Virus record (IMG/VR): IMGVR_UViG_3300030376_002881
Span: 1-45,807 of that record
DNA from: a virus
Taxonomy: Duplodnaviria; Caudoviricetes
Reading direction: 5' to 3' (one strand)
DNA length: 45,807 nt
Part shown: in pieces, positions 1-8,648 of the stretch
How positions within the stretch are numbered: the first letter of the stretch is position 1
How the letters are laid out: each line of letters starts with the position of its first letter
Notes under the pieces: model-generated
What the model was told of the DNA's origin: nothing
Seen by the model: only the letters and a program-made list of their open reading frames with translations
Databases searched by the model: none
Position numbers and translations under genes: made by a program

Positions 1-98
1 GAAAAGTACGGAATGTCACTTACTGTATCTACAGAAGTACTAGATTTAATCTGTACTCTTCTGTCTAATAATACTGGAGTTTTATCCTCCATTACTGA
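1..98. repeat. Terminal overlap of circular assembly (copy 1)
   Basis: 1-98 identical to 45709-45806; falls inside the tail tube B reading frame, which stays in frame across the join. Confidence 0.95.
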
Positions 99-2477
99 CT
101 CAGAAGTATCTGTAGAAAGGTTAAGTGTTTCCAGGTATACACCATCTGTTCTTTCAAATAGGACATACAGTTTTGATCCTAAGAACTCACAGTCCAATAT
201 GTTTGCATCAAACTTCCATACAGACCACGATGACATCAGCTTCTCATTACCCTGCCAGTAGTACCTGTACACGTACATGTTCTTAGTTTCTGTATCACTA
301 AGACACACCAGCATATCCTCGTTACTTGAGGATGCTAACTTGGTTACTTCTCCAGGTATGTATTGAGGAACGTGTGCTGTGACTTCTGTTGCATCGTTGA
401 CCTCGTTGGTGAAGTCAATGAAGTACTCACGTATGCCTGAAAAACTACCACGCTTGAATGGAAAGAATACGTACTTACCAGCAGGGGTAGGTTTAGCTTT
501 TGATGACGATTCAAACTGTGTAGACACATCAATAGAAACAGAAGTAGGAGTAAGAGCATCACCAGCAGTCACCTTGAATTGTTGTAGTTCTGAAAAGAGT
601 AGAAGTGCTTCGTTAAATGGTACTGCGTGTCGTAGGATTGACACTTGATTATTGGACACTGCAACGTCAATAGGATTACTATCTATTGAGGTAAGTGCAG
701 TAGTTGCAAAGAAGTTGTAGTAGTTACCTGCTTCACTAAATATCACATTCTCATCACTAAGAAATCCTAACCTGTTTCTGTGAAAGAAAATGTCGTTGAT
801 TGTGTTACCTAGAAAAGTAGGAAAAGGGTTAGTACTATCGTCACCAACCTTACGAGATCTCCAGCCCTGTCTGACGAATGGAGTAGATACTCCACCAACA
901 TTTTTAGAAATGGTAGCTTCTTGTATAGGCTCATAAATAAATGTAATACCAAGTGGATTTGTCCCTGATACAATGTTAGCATCGTCAAATATCCTCACTA
1001 ATCTGTGAGGCATGGTGGTCATGTCAAAGTGGATATTAAGTCCAGGTTTTACACTTTCTTTCCAGTTACTTCCATCCGCATTGAACTTAACGTAGTAGTC
1101 ATCTTGTTGACGAGTATTATCCCCAATGATACGAATGACAAAATCATCAGGAGAGTTAGCAGCAGGAAGGTCTGTAAACTTTGTAGCTTCTGGAATACCA
1201 TCGTTTTCAAAGTCTGGTGTGAATGAGAATATGTCTCTGTTACCGTGTGAATCTTCTACCTCTACCTGGAACTTTACTTTTGATTGAACGTGTATGACAC
1301 TGCCAGTTCTAGTAAACTTGTAAATATTACCAGATTCACCTGCTATCGTTGTTAAACTTGTTCTATATTTTGTATCAGTAGCACCGTCCTCATCTTTTTG
1401 ATCAGTAGGTAATCTTCCACCAAAACCAAGTTTGGTGTTGTTATCATTTCCTCCTGTTGTGTAATCAAACTCACCCCATGCATCAGTACTTGATGTGTTA
1501 GATGCAGTTTCACCATTAGTAAGTATGTCTGCTATCTTACTTGTACCGATGAACTCTTGGTTTTGTGCAGGAGTATTAGAAGGAGATTGGAAGGCTACTT
1601 TTAATTCAGTATTGTTAGCTAATGAATATCTTACTTGAGTAGCAGGACTACTAGATTCAGTTCCATTTGATTTTGTTAATGGAAAGGTATATGTTGTATT
1701 ACCTGTTCGTGTTATAGCTGGTGTAGTTATATTGAAATCAGTATCAGTTGCATTACTTATAGTAACTTTATTACCTGTTACTAATCCATGATTTGCTTCA
1801 GTTGTTACTGTAACTACATTACTTGATACTGCTAATGATTCTATATTTACAGTAGAAGGTGTAGACTCAGCTTCAGTATTCTTAATACTTACTACATACT
1901 TACTTGAATAGTCACCTTGTTTAACGTAAATTAAACCCTCGTATAAATACCCTGATGCTGTGTCAAGATCATCAGACCCAGAGGGAGATACAGTATTGGT
2001 TCCTCCTTCCCCAGAAGTGTTATTAGAATTAGTAGCTTCAGATACTGTTTTCTGTCTGTTAATAATAAATGTATTATCTGCTACTGTAGTTGCAACTATG
2101 TTTTCTGAGTGGTTAGTAAGACCATCAAAGTAAGTTAAGTCAGATGTACCTACATCAGCATAAGCACTGGTCTTAATAGGCATAGAGTTACCAGATCTGT
2201 CGTAGATCTTCATAAACTCATTGTTACTACTATCGGCCCCTACAACTAACGTATAAGACTCATCCTCATCTCTCTGTATAGTATGAATAAAAGCACCACT
2301 GATACTTGCTACATCTAACTTCTTAACATGTTCAGTACCAGGACGTTTTTCCAGGCCGTTGACCACAGAAGAAATACCATTCTCTTGGATTTCACACTGC
2401 GATGGTAATCTAATCTCAGGAGGTTGCTGTGAAACTCCATTAATAAGATTAGGAATCGTACTGGATACTAATGACAT
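1..2477 (-). CDS. Tail tubular protein B (T7 gp12-like), 5' part; continues across the origin into 45708..45192 (~997 aa in total)
   Basis: Absent from the ORF track; hand translation from ATG 2477 gives MSLVSSTIPNLINGVSQQPPEIRLPSQCEIQENG...GLEKRPG, the typical gp12 N-terminus; in frame with ORF 45192..45800; follows tail tube A. Confidence 0.92.
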   Translation of the reverse strand, partial: MSLVSSTIPNLINGVSQQPPEIRLPSQCEIQENGISSVVNGLEKRPGTEHVKKLDVASISGAFIHTIQRDEDESYTLVVGADSSNNEFMKIYDRSGNSMPIKTSAYADVGTSDLTYFDGLTNHSENIVATTVADNTFIINRQKTVSEATNSNNTSGEGGTNTVSPSGSDDLDTASGYLYEGLIYVKQGDYSSKYVVSIKNTEAESTPSTVNIESLAVSSNVVTVTTEANHGLVTGNKVTISNATDTDFNITTPAITRTGNTTYTFPLTKSNGTESSSPATQVRYSLANNTELKVAFQSPSNTPAQNQEFIGTSKIADILTNGETASNTSSTDAWGEFDYTTGGNDNNTKLGFGGRLPTDQKDEDGATDTKYRTSLTTIAGESGNIYKFTRTGSVIHVQSKVKFQVEVEDSHGNRDIFSFTPDFENDGIPEATKFTDLPAANSPDDFVIRIIGDNTRQQDDYYVKFNADGSNWKESVKPGLNIHFDMTTMPHRLVRIFDDANIVSGTNPLGITFIYEPIQEATISKNVGGVSTPFVRQGWRSRKVGDDSTNPFPTFLGNTINDIFFHRNRLGFLSDENVIFSEAGNYYNFFATTALTSIDSNPIDVAVSNNQVSILRHAVPFNEALLLFSELQQFKVTAGDALTPTSVSIDVSTQFESSSKAKPTPAGKYVFFPFKRGSFSGIREYFIDFTNEVNDATEVTAHVPQYIPGEVTKLASSSNEDMLVCLSDTETKNMYVYRYYWQGNEKLMSSWSVWKFDANILDCEFLGSKLYVLFERTDGVYLETLNLSTDTSESVMEDKTPVLLDRRVQIKSSTSVDTVSDIPYF

Positions 2478-2481
2478 AGTT

Positions 2482-3120
2482 TTAACTTGGGAATTGTTGT
2501 ATCGCTATACTATCATTTGTATGGGTAGCAGATTTAATGTTTCTATCTAATGCACGGTAAGTGTCGTAATTATCGAAGATGTTATAATCAGAAACTTCTG
2601 CTTCAGCTTCACGTAAAGAAATAAAGGCTTGCTGTTCATCCATAGCCAACATTTTTGACAAAGTATCATTACCAATAATACGTTGTTGGTAGGTTCTAGC
2701 TGCTCGTAGTGTTATGTATCTACGTGCTACTTCTGGTAGCTCATCAAATGACAGTAGAACCACCATATTAACTTCTATATCTTTACTAAATGTGTAGGTG
2801 TTACCTATGCGGTCATACAGTTTTCTACCTCTTTCTACTACATCAAGTTCGTAGTCTCTTAGAAGTGAAGATTTATCTACTTTTATGACATTAGCAGGTA
2901 GGTTAATTTCGTTAACTACATTACGATTTAATGTGTATCTTATCTCTGTATTAAAGTGCCATCCTGCTGACTGTACATCCCTGCTTACATTATCAAGGAC
3001 CACTTCAGCTATTTCAGCTTCTTGAAGACCAGATCCCAGTGTGTTCACTGGACTCTCTCCAATGCTGGTCAGCATGACATTGACAGCATCTAGTTCAGTA
3101 GTAGGTGTGGTTACACTCAT
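2482..3120 (-). CDS. Tail tubular protein A (T7 gp11-like)
   Basis: TELDAVNVMLTSIGESPV, GWHFNTE and LPEVARRYI motifs; position after capsid. Confidence 0.95.
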   Translation of the reverse strand: MSVTTPTTELDAVNVMLTSIGESPVNTLGSGLQEAEIAEVVLDNVSRDVQSAGWHFNTEIRYTLNRNVVNEINLPANVIKVDKSSLLRDYELDVVERGRKLYDRIGNTYTFSKDIEVNMVVLLSFDELPEVARRYITLRAARTYQQRIIGNDTLSKMLAMDEQQAFISLREAEAEVSDYNIFDNYDTYRALDRNIKSATHTNDSIAIQQFPS

Positions 3121-3169
3121 ATTCTTTCATTGGAAAAATTTCCCACCACATAAAGAAAAGAAGTGGTAA

Positions 3170-3357
3170 GAAAAAAATAACTAACCGTAGGTTCCTACGG
3201 ATAACCTATTTGGTGAGGGAAAAAAGGAGGGACTCTGTAGCGAGAGGTGTGTGGGAGGTGGGTGGAGCTACAGAGTTACCCTCCCTAAAAAAAGAAAAAA
3301 GGCAGAGCAAGCCCGTTAGGTCTTACATGGAATTACCAATGCCCCTCACTTGATGCC
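3170..3357 (-). terminator. Three tandem hairpin + U-tract elements after the capsid gene (T-phi-like)
   Basis: Stems at 3301-3357, 3226-3284 and 3185-3200, each followed on the minus strand by a T run. Confidence 0.7.
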
Positions 3358-3368
3358 TTAGATTGCTA

Positions 3369-4589
3369 TTAAGAAGCAGGAGCCATAAGAGCTACTGCCA
3401 TAGCAGGTCTGAGTACGTTATGACCCATCGCATATTTACTCACGATCAACGTACCTTGTCGTTGGATTTGATACTCAGATTCAACACTGAGATCCAACAG
3501 TTTAACGGTTGCAACTGCATCTTTGTGCATAACCAAAGCACGTACTTTTGCAGCTTCACCTCTGAGGTTAATACCAGAAGTAGTTCCATCAAGACCATCT
3601 GGGTGTCCGATGTTTGAACCATCGTTAACTACACCGTTGTAGTTAGCTGGAATATCATACTGAGCAGCACGGTTGGAATGGTCTGATCCTAAAGGTTGAG
3701 GACCAGTGGTTGTACCAGTGCTCCACAGTGAATCAGTCCATGCTCCAGTAGCTCCAGAAGCATAAGTTCCCAAATGTGGAGTTCTTACAACTGGAATTCC
3801 TGCGATAGTAGGAAGATCAAGATTATTGATAGACCCAGTTCCACCGATGTCACGATTCCAAGCAATTAAGTTGGTAATAGCTTCACCGTTTTGCTGAGTC
3901 ATGAACAACCTGTAGTACTGATCGGTTGCCATGATGCAGACAAGATCTTCTAAAGGTGCTCCTGCCATCTCTAGGATTCGTTTAGCTTCAATCAAACCTT
4001 CTACCATTTTGGCATTTTTCTTTGAATCAGCTAAGTTTGCAGCATAAGTAACATTAGATGTAAAATCTTCGTCATCCCATCCTGCATAATCCTGAATTAA
4101 CTTAGATGCACGTTGCTTGTTTGTGGTTAGTGCAGCTTTTACTGCCATCCTCAAAATGTTCTGGTCTGCAACTTTACTTAGTCCATATCCAGCTTCTTGT
4201 GTATAGATGGATCTGACATCATAATGTTGCATCGCCTCATCGATATTGGGGATGAACTGAGCGTTAATTAAGAGATCATCTACTGACACGACACGCTCAG
4301 AATTCTTTGCGTTTGCGACAGGTGCAATCTCTGCTCCTGGGGTATGATAGGCAGCATCACGATACTTACCTGTCATAATAAACTGGGCCGATTTCCCTTT
4401 AGAAATGGTCCTAGTACGAGTGTAATTCATCATGATGTTCTTCGTCTGGAAGGCAGTCATGACCTCACCTGCGTACAATTTTAAAAATAGTTCTCTTGAA
4501 CTACCTGTGGCATTCTTTTGACCAGTTCTCTGTCCTACATAATTCGTAGGATTAGCAGATACTGGATTAGTGCCTGTATATGTAGCCAT
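3369..4589 (-). CDS. Major capsid protein (T7 gp10-like)
   Basis: LFLKLYAGEVMTAF, RTISKGKSAQF, VDDLL and KYAMGHNVLRP motifs. Confidence 0.97.
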   Translation of the reverse strand: MATYTGTNPVSANPTNYVGQRTGQKNATGSSRELFLKLYAGEVMTAFQTKNIMMNYTRTRTISKGKSAQFIMTGKYRDAAYHTPGAEIAPVANAKNSERVVSVDDLLINAQFIPNIDEAMQHYDVRSIYTQEAGYGLSKVADQNILRMAVKAALTTNKQRASKLIQDYAGWDDEDFTSNVTYAANLADSKKNAKMVEGLIEAKRILEMAGAPLEDLVCIMATDQYYRLFMTQQNGEAITNLIAWNRDIGGTGSINNLDLPTIAGIPVVRTPHLGTYASGATGAWTDSLWSTGTTTGPQPLGSDHSNRAAQYDIPANYNGVVNDGSNIGHPDGLDGTTSGINLRGEAAKVRALVMHKDAVATVKLLDLSVESEYQIQRQGTLIVSKYAMGHNVLRPAMAVALMAPAS

Positions 4590-4705
4590 ATTTCCTTAGT
4601 TTAGCTATAGGGTTTAATTGTGCCTGTATAACTATCCTAAGTTTCAATTAGAGTTGTCCTCCTCAAAGGGCTAAAATCTACTCCGTTAGTGTTTGTTTTT
4701 ATAGG

Positions 4706-5500
4706 TCACATAATATTAGATCGTGCAAGTTTTTGTGTAACTTGATCACGAAAAGCAGGGTCTTCTGCGTACTTTGGATCTGACATAGCACTCCTTAGTT
4801 CAGCGAGTGAATTAAATCTTCCAGTACTAGGTGTCCCTGTGTCACCTTTTATAAGGTTAGGTTGAGAATTCTCTGCCATGTAACGTGCATTAAGATTCTT
4901 AATTGCAAACATGGAATCAGAGGGGTTTGAACTGTCCATAGCACGGTTGAAAGCATCAACTTCATTGGAAGGTAAACTGTTCGTTGCCCATTCCACCATG
5001 TTCTTGAAGTTTTCTTGTCCGCCTACTTCACTATATGCACTCTCAACAAATCGTTCTTGAAGTGCTTGTTGTCCTTCGATCCAGCTATCTACCATGTCTT
5101 TAGGAATACCAGACTTAGCAAGCTCATTGTATGAGTTTCCAGTAAGTCCACCTTCCTGGTTATATTCCTGGTAGTACTTATCGAAACTCAGTCCCTTATC
5201 TTCAATGAAATTTCTAGCCTCATCCTGAGTGGCTTGCTGTTCTTGAACTTCTGACTGAGGTGCTTCCTGATTGGATTGCTCTGGTGCTTGAGACTGTCTA
5301 TTGGAATGGAATTCCTTTTCAAGCTGACCATAAGCCTGTGCTAGATCTTCTGGACTGTTAAACTTTTCTGGAAGCCAATTAGGACGGTCAGGATCATTAG
5401 CTTGAACACTATTAGCATTCTCTGCTTTCTCTATCATCTCCTGAACATGCTCTTGACTCTCAGGCGGAGGTGCTTCATGCGTTTGTACTGAGTCTACCAT
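4706..5500 (-). CDS. Capsid scaffolding protein (T7 gp9-like)
   Basis: RPNWLPEKF, VGGQENFKNMVEWA and AMSDPKYAEDPAFRDQV motifs; between portal and capsid. Confidence 0.93.
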   Translation of the reverse strand: MVDSVQTHEAPPPESQEHVQEMIEKAENANSVQANDPDRPNWLPEKFNSPEDLAQAYGQLEKEFHSNRQSQAPEQSNQEAPQSEVQEQQATQDEARNFIEDKGLSFDKYYQEYNQEGGLTGNSYNELAKSGIPKDMVDSWIEGQQALQERFVESAYSEVGGQENFKNMVEWATNSLPSNEVDAFNRAMDSSNPSDSMFAIKNLNARYMAENSQPNLIKGDTGTPSTGRFNSLAELRSAMSDPKYAEDPAFRDQVTQKLARSNIM

Positions 5501-7092
5501 TATTGTCCTTCTGCTTGTTGCTGTTGCATTTGACCTTCTTTCATTGCTTTAACAACTTCAGGTGCTGCTCGTTCTCCAGCCTTCGCCATAGTTTGTTGCA
5601 TCATCATCTGTTGTTGTTGCTGTTGTTGTGCCTGTGCTTCTTGCTGTTTCTGTTCTTCTGTCTTGAGAAGTCCTTCTGTGTCAATTCCTAAAGATGCACC
5701 TAATCTATCTATGTACTCAGGAATATTAATCTCCTGCTGTACCACTTCTGGACCCAAAGGTTGTAGATACTGTAAGAATCCTGCGAGTTCATTGAGATCC
5801 TGTCCTCTTCCCAATGCCTCAACACCAGTAACGATCATAGGTTTCAATGATTCGTCAGGGAACTTAGGCAGTTTCTTCTCCCTTTGCATCCTGCTCATGA
5901 GGATTGACACTAATGGTAGTTGAAACTCTTGACTTAGGATGGAGTAAACTCCTCCTAGTGCAGTTTCGAGTTCTTGATATGCCCTTCGTATTTCTTCTGC
6001 GGTGACACGTTCTGCATCTCTTCTTATCGCAGAGTTATTGAGGAACGCATAGGACAGTCTTTCTGTGAGAGTCCTGATTGTTTCCTGTGCTACACGAAAG
6101 TCATTGAACTTCTGTAATTGAAGTGTGCTGACATCATTAGCATCTCCCATGACGATTGCACCATTGGGACTGTCTGCTAATGATTTTAACCTTGTGGTCC
6201 CATTAGGACGAACAAGGAAAAGCACCTTGGCAGCAGCAGCACTGCCTTCTACGATGGACTGAGTAAGTGATTCAAGACTCTTCAAGTCTCCAATATACTC
6301 CTCCACGTATCCTCTTCCATAGTCCTCAGAATCAATGTGAGTGAATCTGAGTGGTATGAATGGACACTTACCTTTCTTAAACGTACCTCTGCTTCCTGGT
6401 ACTTCTTCACCACCTAGTTCTTGGTGGACAATCCACTTGTTACTGTCCCACTTGACACAGGTGTAAAGATCTACTGACTGCATTGGAACACTGTCATCTA
6501 CGACAAGTGCTTTTGCTTTCTCAGGAAGTGAAAGAGGTGATACTGATTCCTTAGTAATGATCTCCAAGACGTTACCCATTACATCTCGCTTACACACGTA
6601 TCTATCTAGTTTAAAGATCCGTGGGTCATCCTTTTCAGGTATGTAGAGAAGGACATTACCTGCGACAATCAGTTGTTTCAGTGCTTCAAACACTGGGACA
6701 CGAATGGCACGTACCTCAATCTCTTGCATGACCATTCGTTCAATCTTAGATAGTGCTTCCTCTACTGCACCTTTCTGAGATTCGACCATTTGTTCCAGTT
6801 CTGCATCGTCAATGATTAGACGGAAGAACGGAGCATTGGGAGGTAAAAGGGAGAGAAGCAGTTTGCTGGCAAGGTTGTTTACACCTCTTGCACCTACCGA
6901 CTGAAAAGGAGTGGGTAATATACTTGAACCAGTATGTCCTTCTTTGGGTAGTAAAGACGGTATGGTTATAGCTGCTGCTTCTCTAGCTCTTGCTAGAAAA
7001 GTATATCTATCACTTGCATAGTTTTCGTACTTACCTTGAACACTGCCAGTAACTTGTTCTGGATCTGTGTTAAGTGTAATTGTTTCTACCAT
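5500..7092 (-). CDS. Portal / head-tail connector (T7 gp8-like)
   Basis: QSVGARGVNNLASKL, YGRGYVEEYIGDL and RVTAEEIR motifs; 530 aa. Confidence 0.97.
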   Translation of the reverse strand: MVETITLNTDPEQVTGSVQGKYENYASDRYTFLARAREAAAITIPSLLPKEGHTGSSILPTPFQSVGARGVNNLASKLLLSLLPPNAPFFRLIIDDAELEQMVESQKGAVEEALSKIERMVMQEIEVRAIRVPVFEALKQLIVAGNVLLYIPEKDDPRIFKLDRYVCKRDVMGNVLEIITKESVSPLSLPEKAKALVVDDSVPMQSVDLYTCVKWDSNKWIVHQELGGEEVPGSRGTFKKGKCPFIPLRFTHIDSEDYGRGYVEEYIGDLKSLESLTQSIVEGSAAAAKVLFLVRPNGTTRLKSLADSPNGAIVMGDANDVSTLQLQKFNDFRVAQETIRTLTERLSYAFLNNSAIRRDAERVTAEEIRRAYQELETALGGVYSILSQEFQLPLVSILMSRMQREKKLPKFPDESLKPMIVTGVEALGRGQDLNELAGFLQYLQPLGPEVVQQEINIPEYIDRLGASLGIDTEGLLKTEEQKQQEAQAQQQQQQQMMMQQTMAKAGERAAPEVVKAMKEGQMQQQQAEGQ

Positions 7093-7104
7093 TTATTCCT
7101 TTTT

Positions 7105-7986
7105 TTATGCTGCGATTCCTGACTTACCCGAACCAGGAAGACTTACACCATAGTCAATTCTTAATCCTTTTTTACCCCTTTTTTTCTTAGCTCTTAAATC
7201 ACTTTTCTTTTTGCCAAGTTGTATTAAATCTTCATCACGTACTACATCACCGCCACGTGTTCCTTCTGTTACTGCTCCACCTTGGGTTTCATCAGTAAGA
7301 CCCATTGCTTCACTGAACTGCTCTGCTACGTTAGTTCCAATGTCAGTGAGTACTTCATTTGTAGTACCAACAGTATCAGTAACTACATCTTCAAGATCGT
7401 CTAAACCTGTTTGTATATTTTCACCAGTTTCTTGAATAGTTGTCTGTGTATTAGTTAACTCATTTTGAGCATCTTCTACTTTACCTTCTGGTTTTCCTGT
7501 AACAATAGTCTTAACTACATCTAACATTAATTCACCAGTTCCCTGAGTATCCTCAAGAAAAGAATCTACATCAGAATCTTGGTAAAACTCTTCAATGTCT
7601 GCTAATAAATCTTGTGGAGTTGGGAGTTCCCATTCATCATAATTTATATCGAAACTAAAGTTTTGTATTTCATTAGTGAGATTATTAATTTTATCTTGTA
7701 TTGCTCCTAGTGGACCTCTGTTCCATTTTGAATCCCAGTAGTCTCTTTTTGTTTGTTCTTTTTTTTGAACAATTGTTTGGTATTCTTGCCACTTTTTTGC
7801 CTGTGCAGCATCTAGTTTCTTTTCAGTTTCAGGATCTTCCCATTTATAAGTTCTTGAGTTCCAATTCCAATCACCACCATATTTATCGTCTAACTGCTGT
7901 TTTACTAATGCATGTTGTTTTAACCAAGCATCGTCACCTCTTACTCTTCCACCACCTCTACCACCTCCTCCACTTCTAGCAGTCAT
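7105..7986 (-). CDS. Putative virion protein (gp7.3-like position)
   Basis: Directly upstream of portal; basic C-terminus KKRGKKGLRI resembles gp7.3-type ends; unusually long (293 aa). Confidence 0.55.
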   Translation of the reverse strand: MTARSGGGGRGGGRVRGDDAWLKQHALVKQQLDDKYGGDWNWNSRTYKWEDPETEKKLDAAQAKKWQEYQTIVQKKEQTKRDYWDSKWNRGPLGAIQDKINNLTNEIQNFSFDINYDEWELPTPQDLLADIEEFYQDSDVDSFLEDTQGTGELMLDVVKTIVTGKPEGKVEDAQNELTNTQTTIQETGENIQTGLDDLEDVVTDTVGTTNEVLTDIGTNVAEQFSEAMGLTDETQGGAVTEGTRGGDVVRDEDLIQLGKKKSDLRAKKKRGKKGLRIDYGVSLPGSGKSGIAA

Positions 7987-7987
7987 A

Positions 7988-8410
7988 TCATTTACCTCTA
8001 GGTTTCTTAATTACGAGTGACTTCTTGCCTACTGCATTCTTCTTATTAGTACTAAACTTTGCAGCTTTACTTCCTCCAAAACCTGCACCTGTAGTAACCT
8101 GTTTAAGTGCATTAATTTCATCAGTCTTTCCACTGTTACCATCATCTCCTCCACCCATACCATCTTTAAACTCACCCATACCCATTCGATCCATCCAGTT
8201 ACCTCCTCCCCAGGAGTCATCATACTGACCGCCAAATCTATTCTGCCAGTTGGACCCTCCTAATGATTCATCAAACTGTCCTCCTAATCTATTTTGCCAA
8301 TTAGTTCCTGAAAAACTTTCGTCATACATTTCACCTACATTACTCTTACTTAAATCTTCTCCTACTTCCTTTCCAGCTTTTGCTAATGTACCTAAATCAC
8401 ACATTGACAT
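7988..8410 (-). CDS. Putative virion protein (gp6.7-like) with three 17-aa repeats
   Basis: Start moved to ATG 8410 (AAGGAG RBS); MSMC start and GKKSLVI end. Confidence 0.6.
   Translation of the reverse strand: MSMCDLGTLAKAGKEVGEDLSKSNVGEMYDESFSGTNWQNRLGGQFDESLGGSNWQNRFGGQYDDSWGGGNWMDRMGMGEFKDGMGGGDDGNSGKTDEINALKQVTTGAGFGGSKAAKFSTNKKNAVGKKSLVIKKPRGK
8171..8335 (-). repeat. Three degenerate 51-nt coding tandem repeats
   Basis: GEMYDESFSGTNWQNRL / GGQFDESLGGSNWQNRF / GGQYDDSWGGGNWMDRM. Confidence 0.85.
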
Positions 8411-8648
8411 ACTCCTTTCTCTCAGCATCCTGTTCAAAGGATTCTTCAAATAGTTTTATAATCATATCTACTACTTGTTGTTGTCCCTGTAACAACCGTA
8501 ACTGATCCAAAGGAATGTCATGTCTTGGTAATTTGTCAGGGAATAGTTCTTTAAGTTTATTAATAAGTTCTTCTGTTATGTTATATTGACCAACCAAGTC
8601 TATAATGGCCCTTTCATACCACTTCGCATGAGTTTCCACTACAAGCAA
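8397..8648 (-). CDS. Conserved podophage protein (gp6.5-like position); real start may be TTG 8597
   Basis: LINKLKELFPDKLP...GQQQVV pattern; first gene of the late block. Confidence 0.65.
   Translation of the reverse strand: MLVVETHAKWYERAIIDLVGQYNITEELINKLKELFPDKLPRHDIPLDQLRLLQGQQQVVDMIIKLFEESFEQDAERKEYVNV
8599..8618 (-). promoter_or_regulatory. Phage RNAP promoter (late block)
   Basis: TATGAAAGGGCCATTATAGA, one of three copies; ends in TATAG like T7-family promoters. Confidence 0.85.

Noticed and set aside
1-98. End repeat as the biological direct terminal repeat
   Set aside because: It lies mid-gene in tail tube B and has a k-mer-like length; T7-like termini are expected near 27.8-28.2 kb
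3360-3420. T7 10B-type capsid frameshift extension
   Set aside because: No clear slippery site or long alternative frame; tandem stops followed by hairpins
5500-5660. CAA/CAG-rich repeat
   Set aside because: Ordinary Gln-rich portal C-terminus
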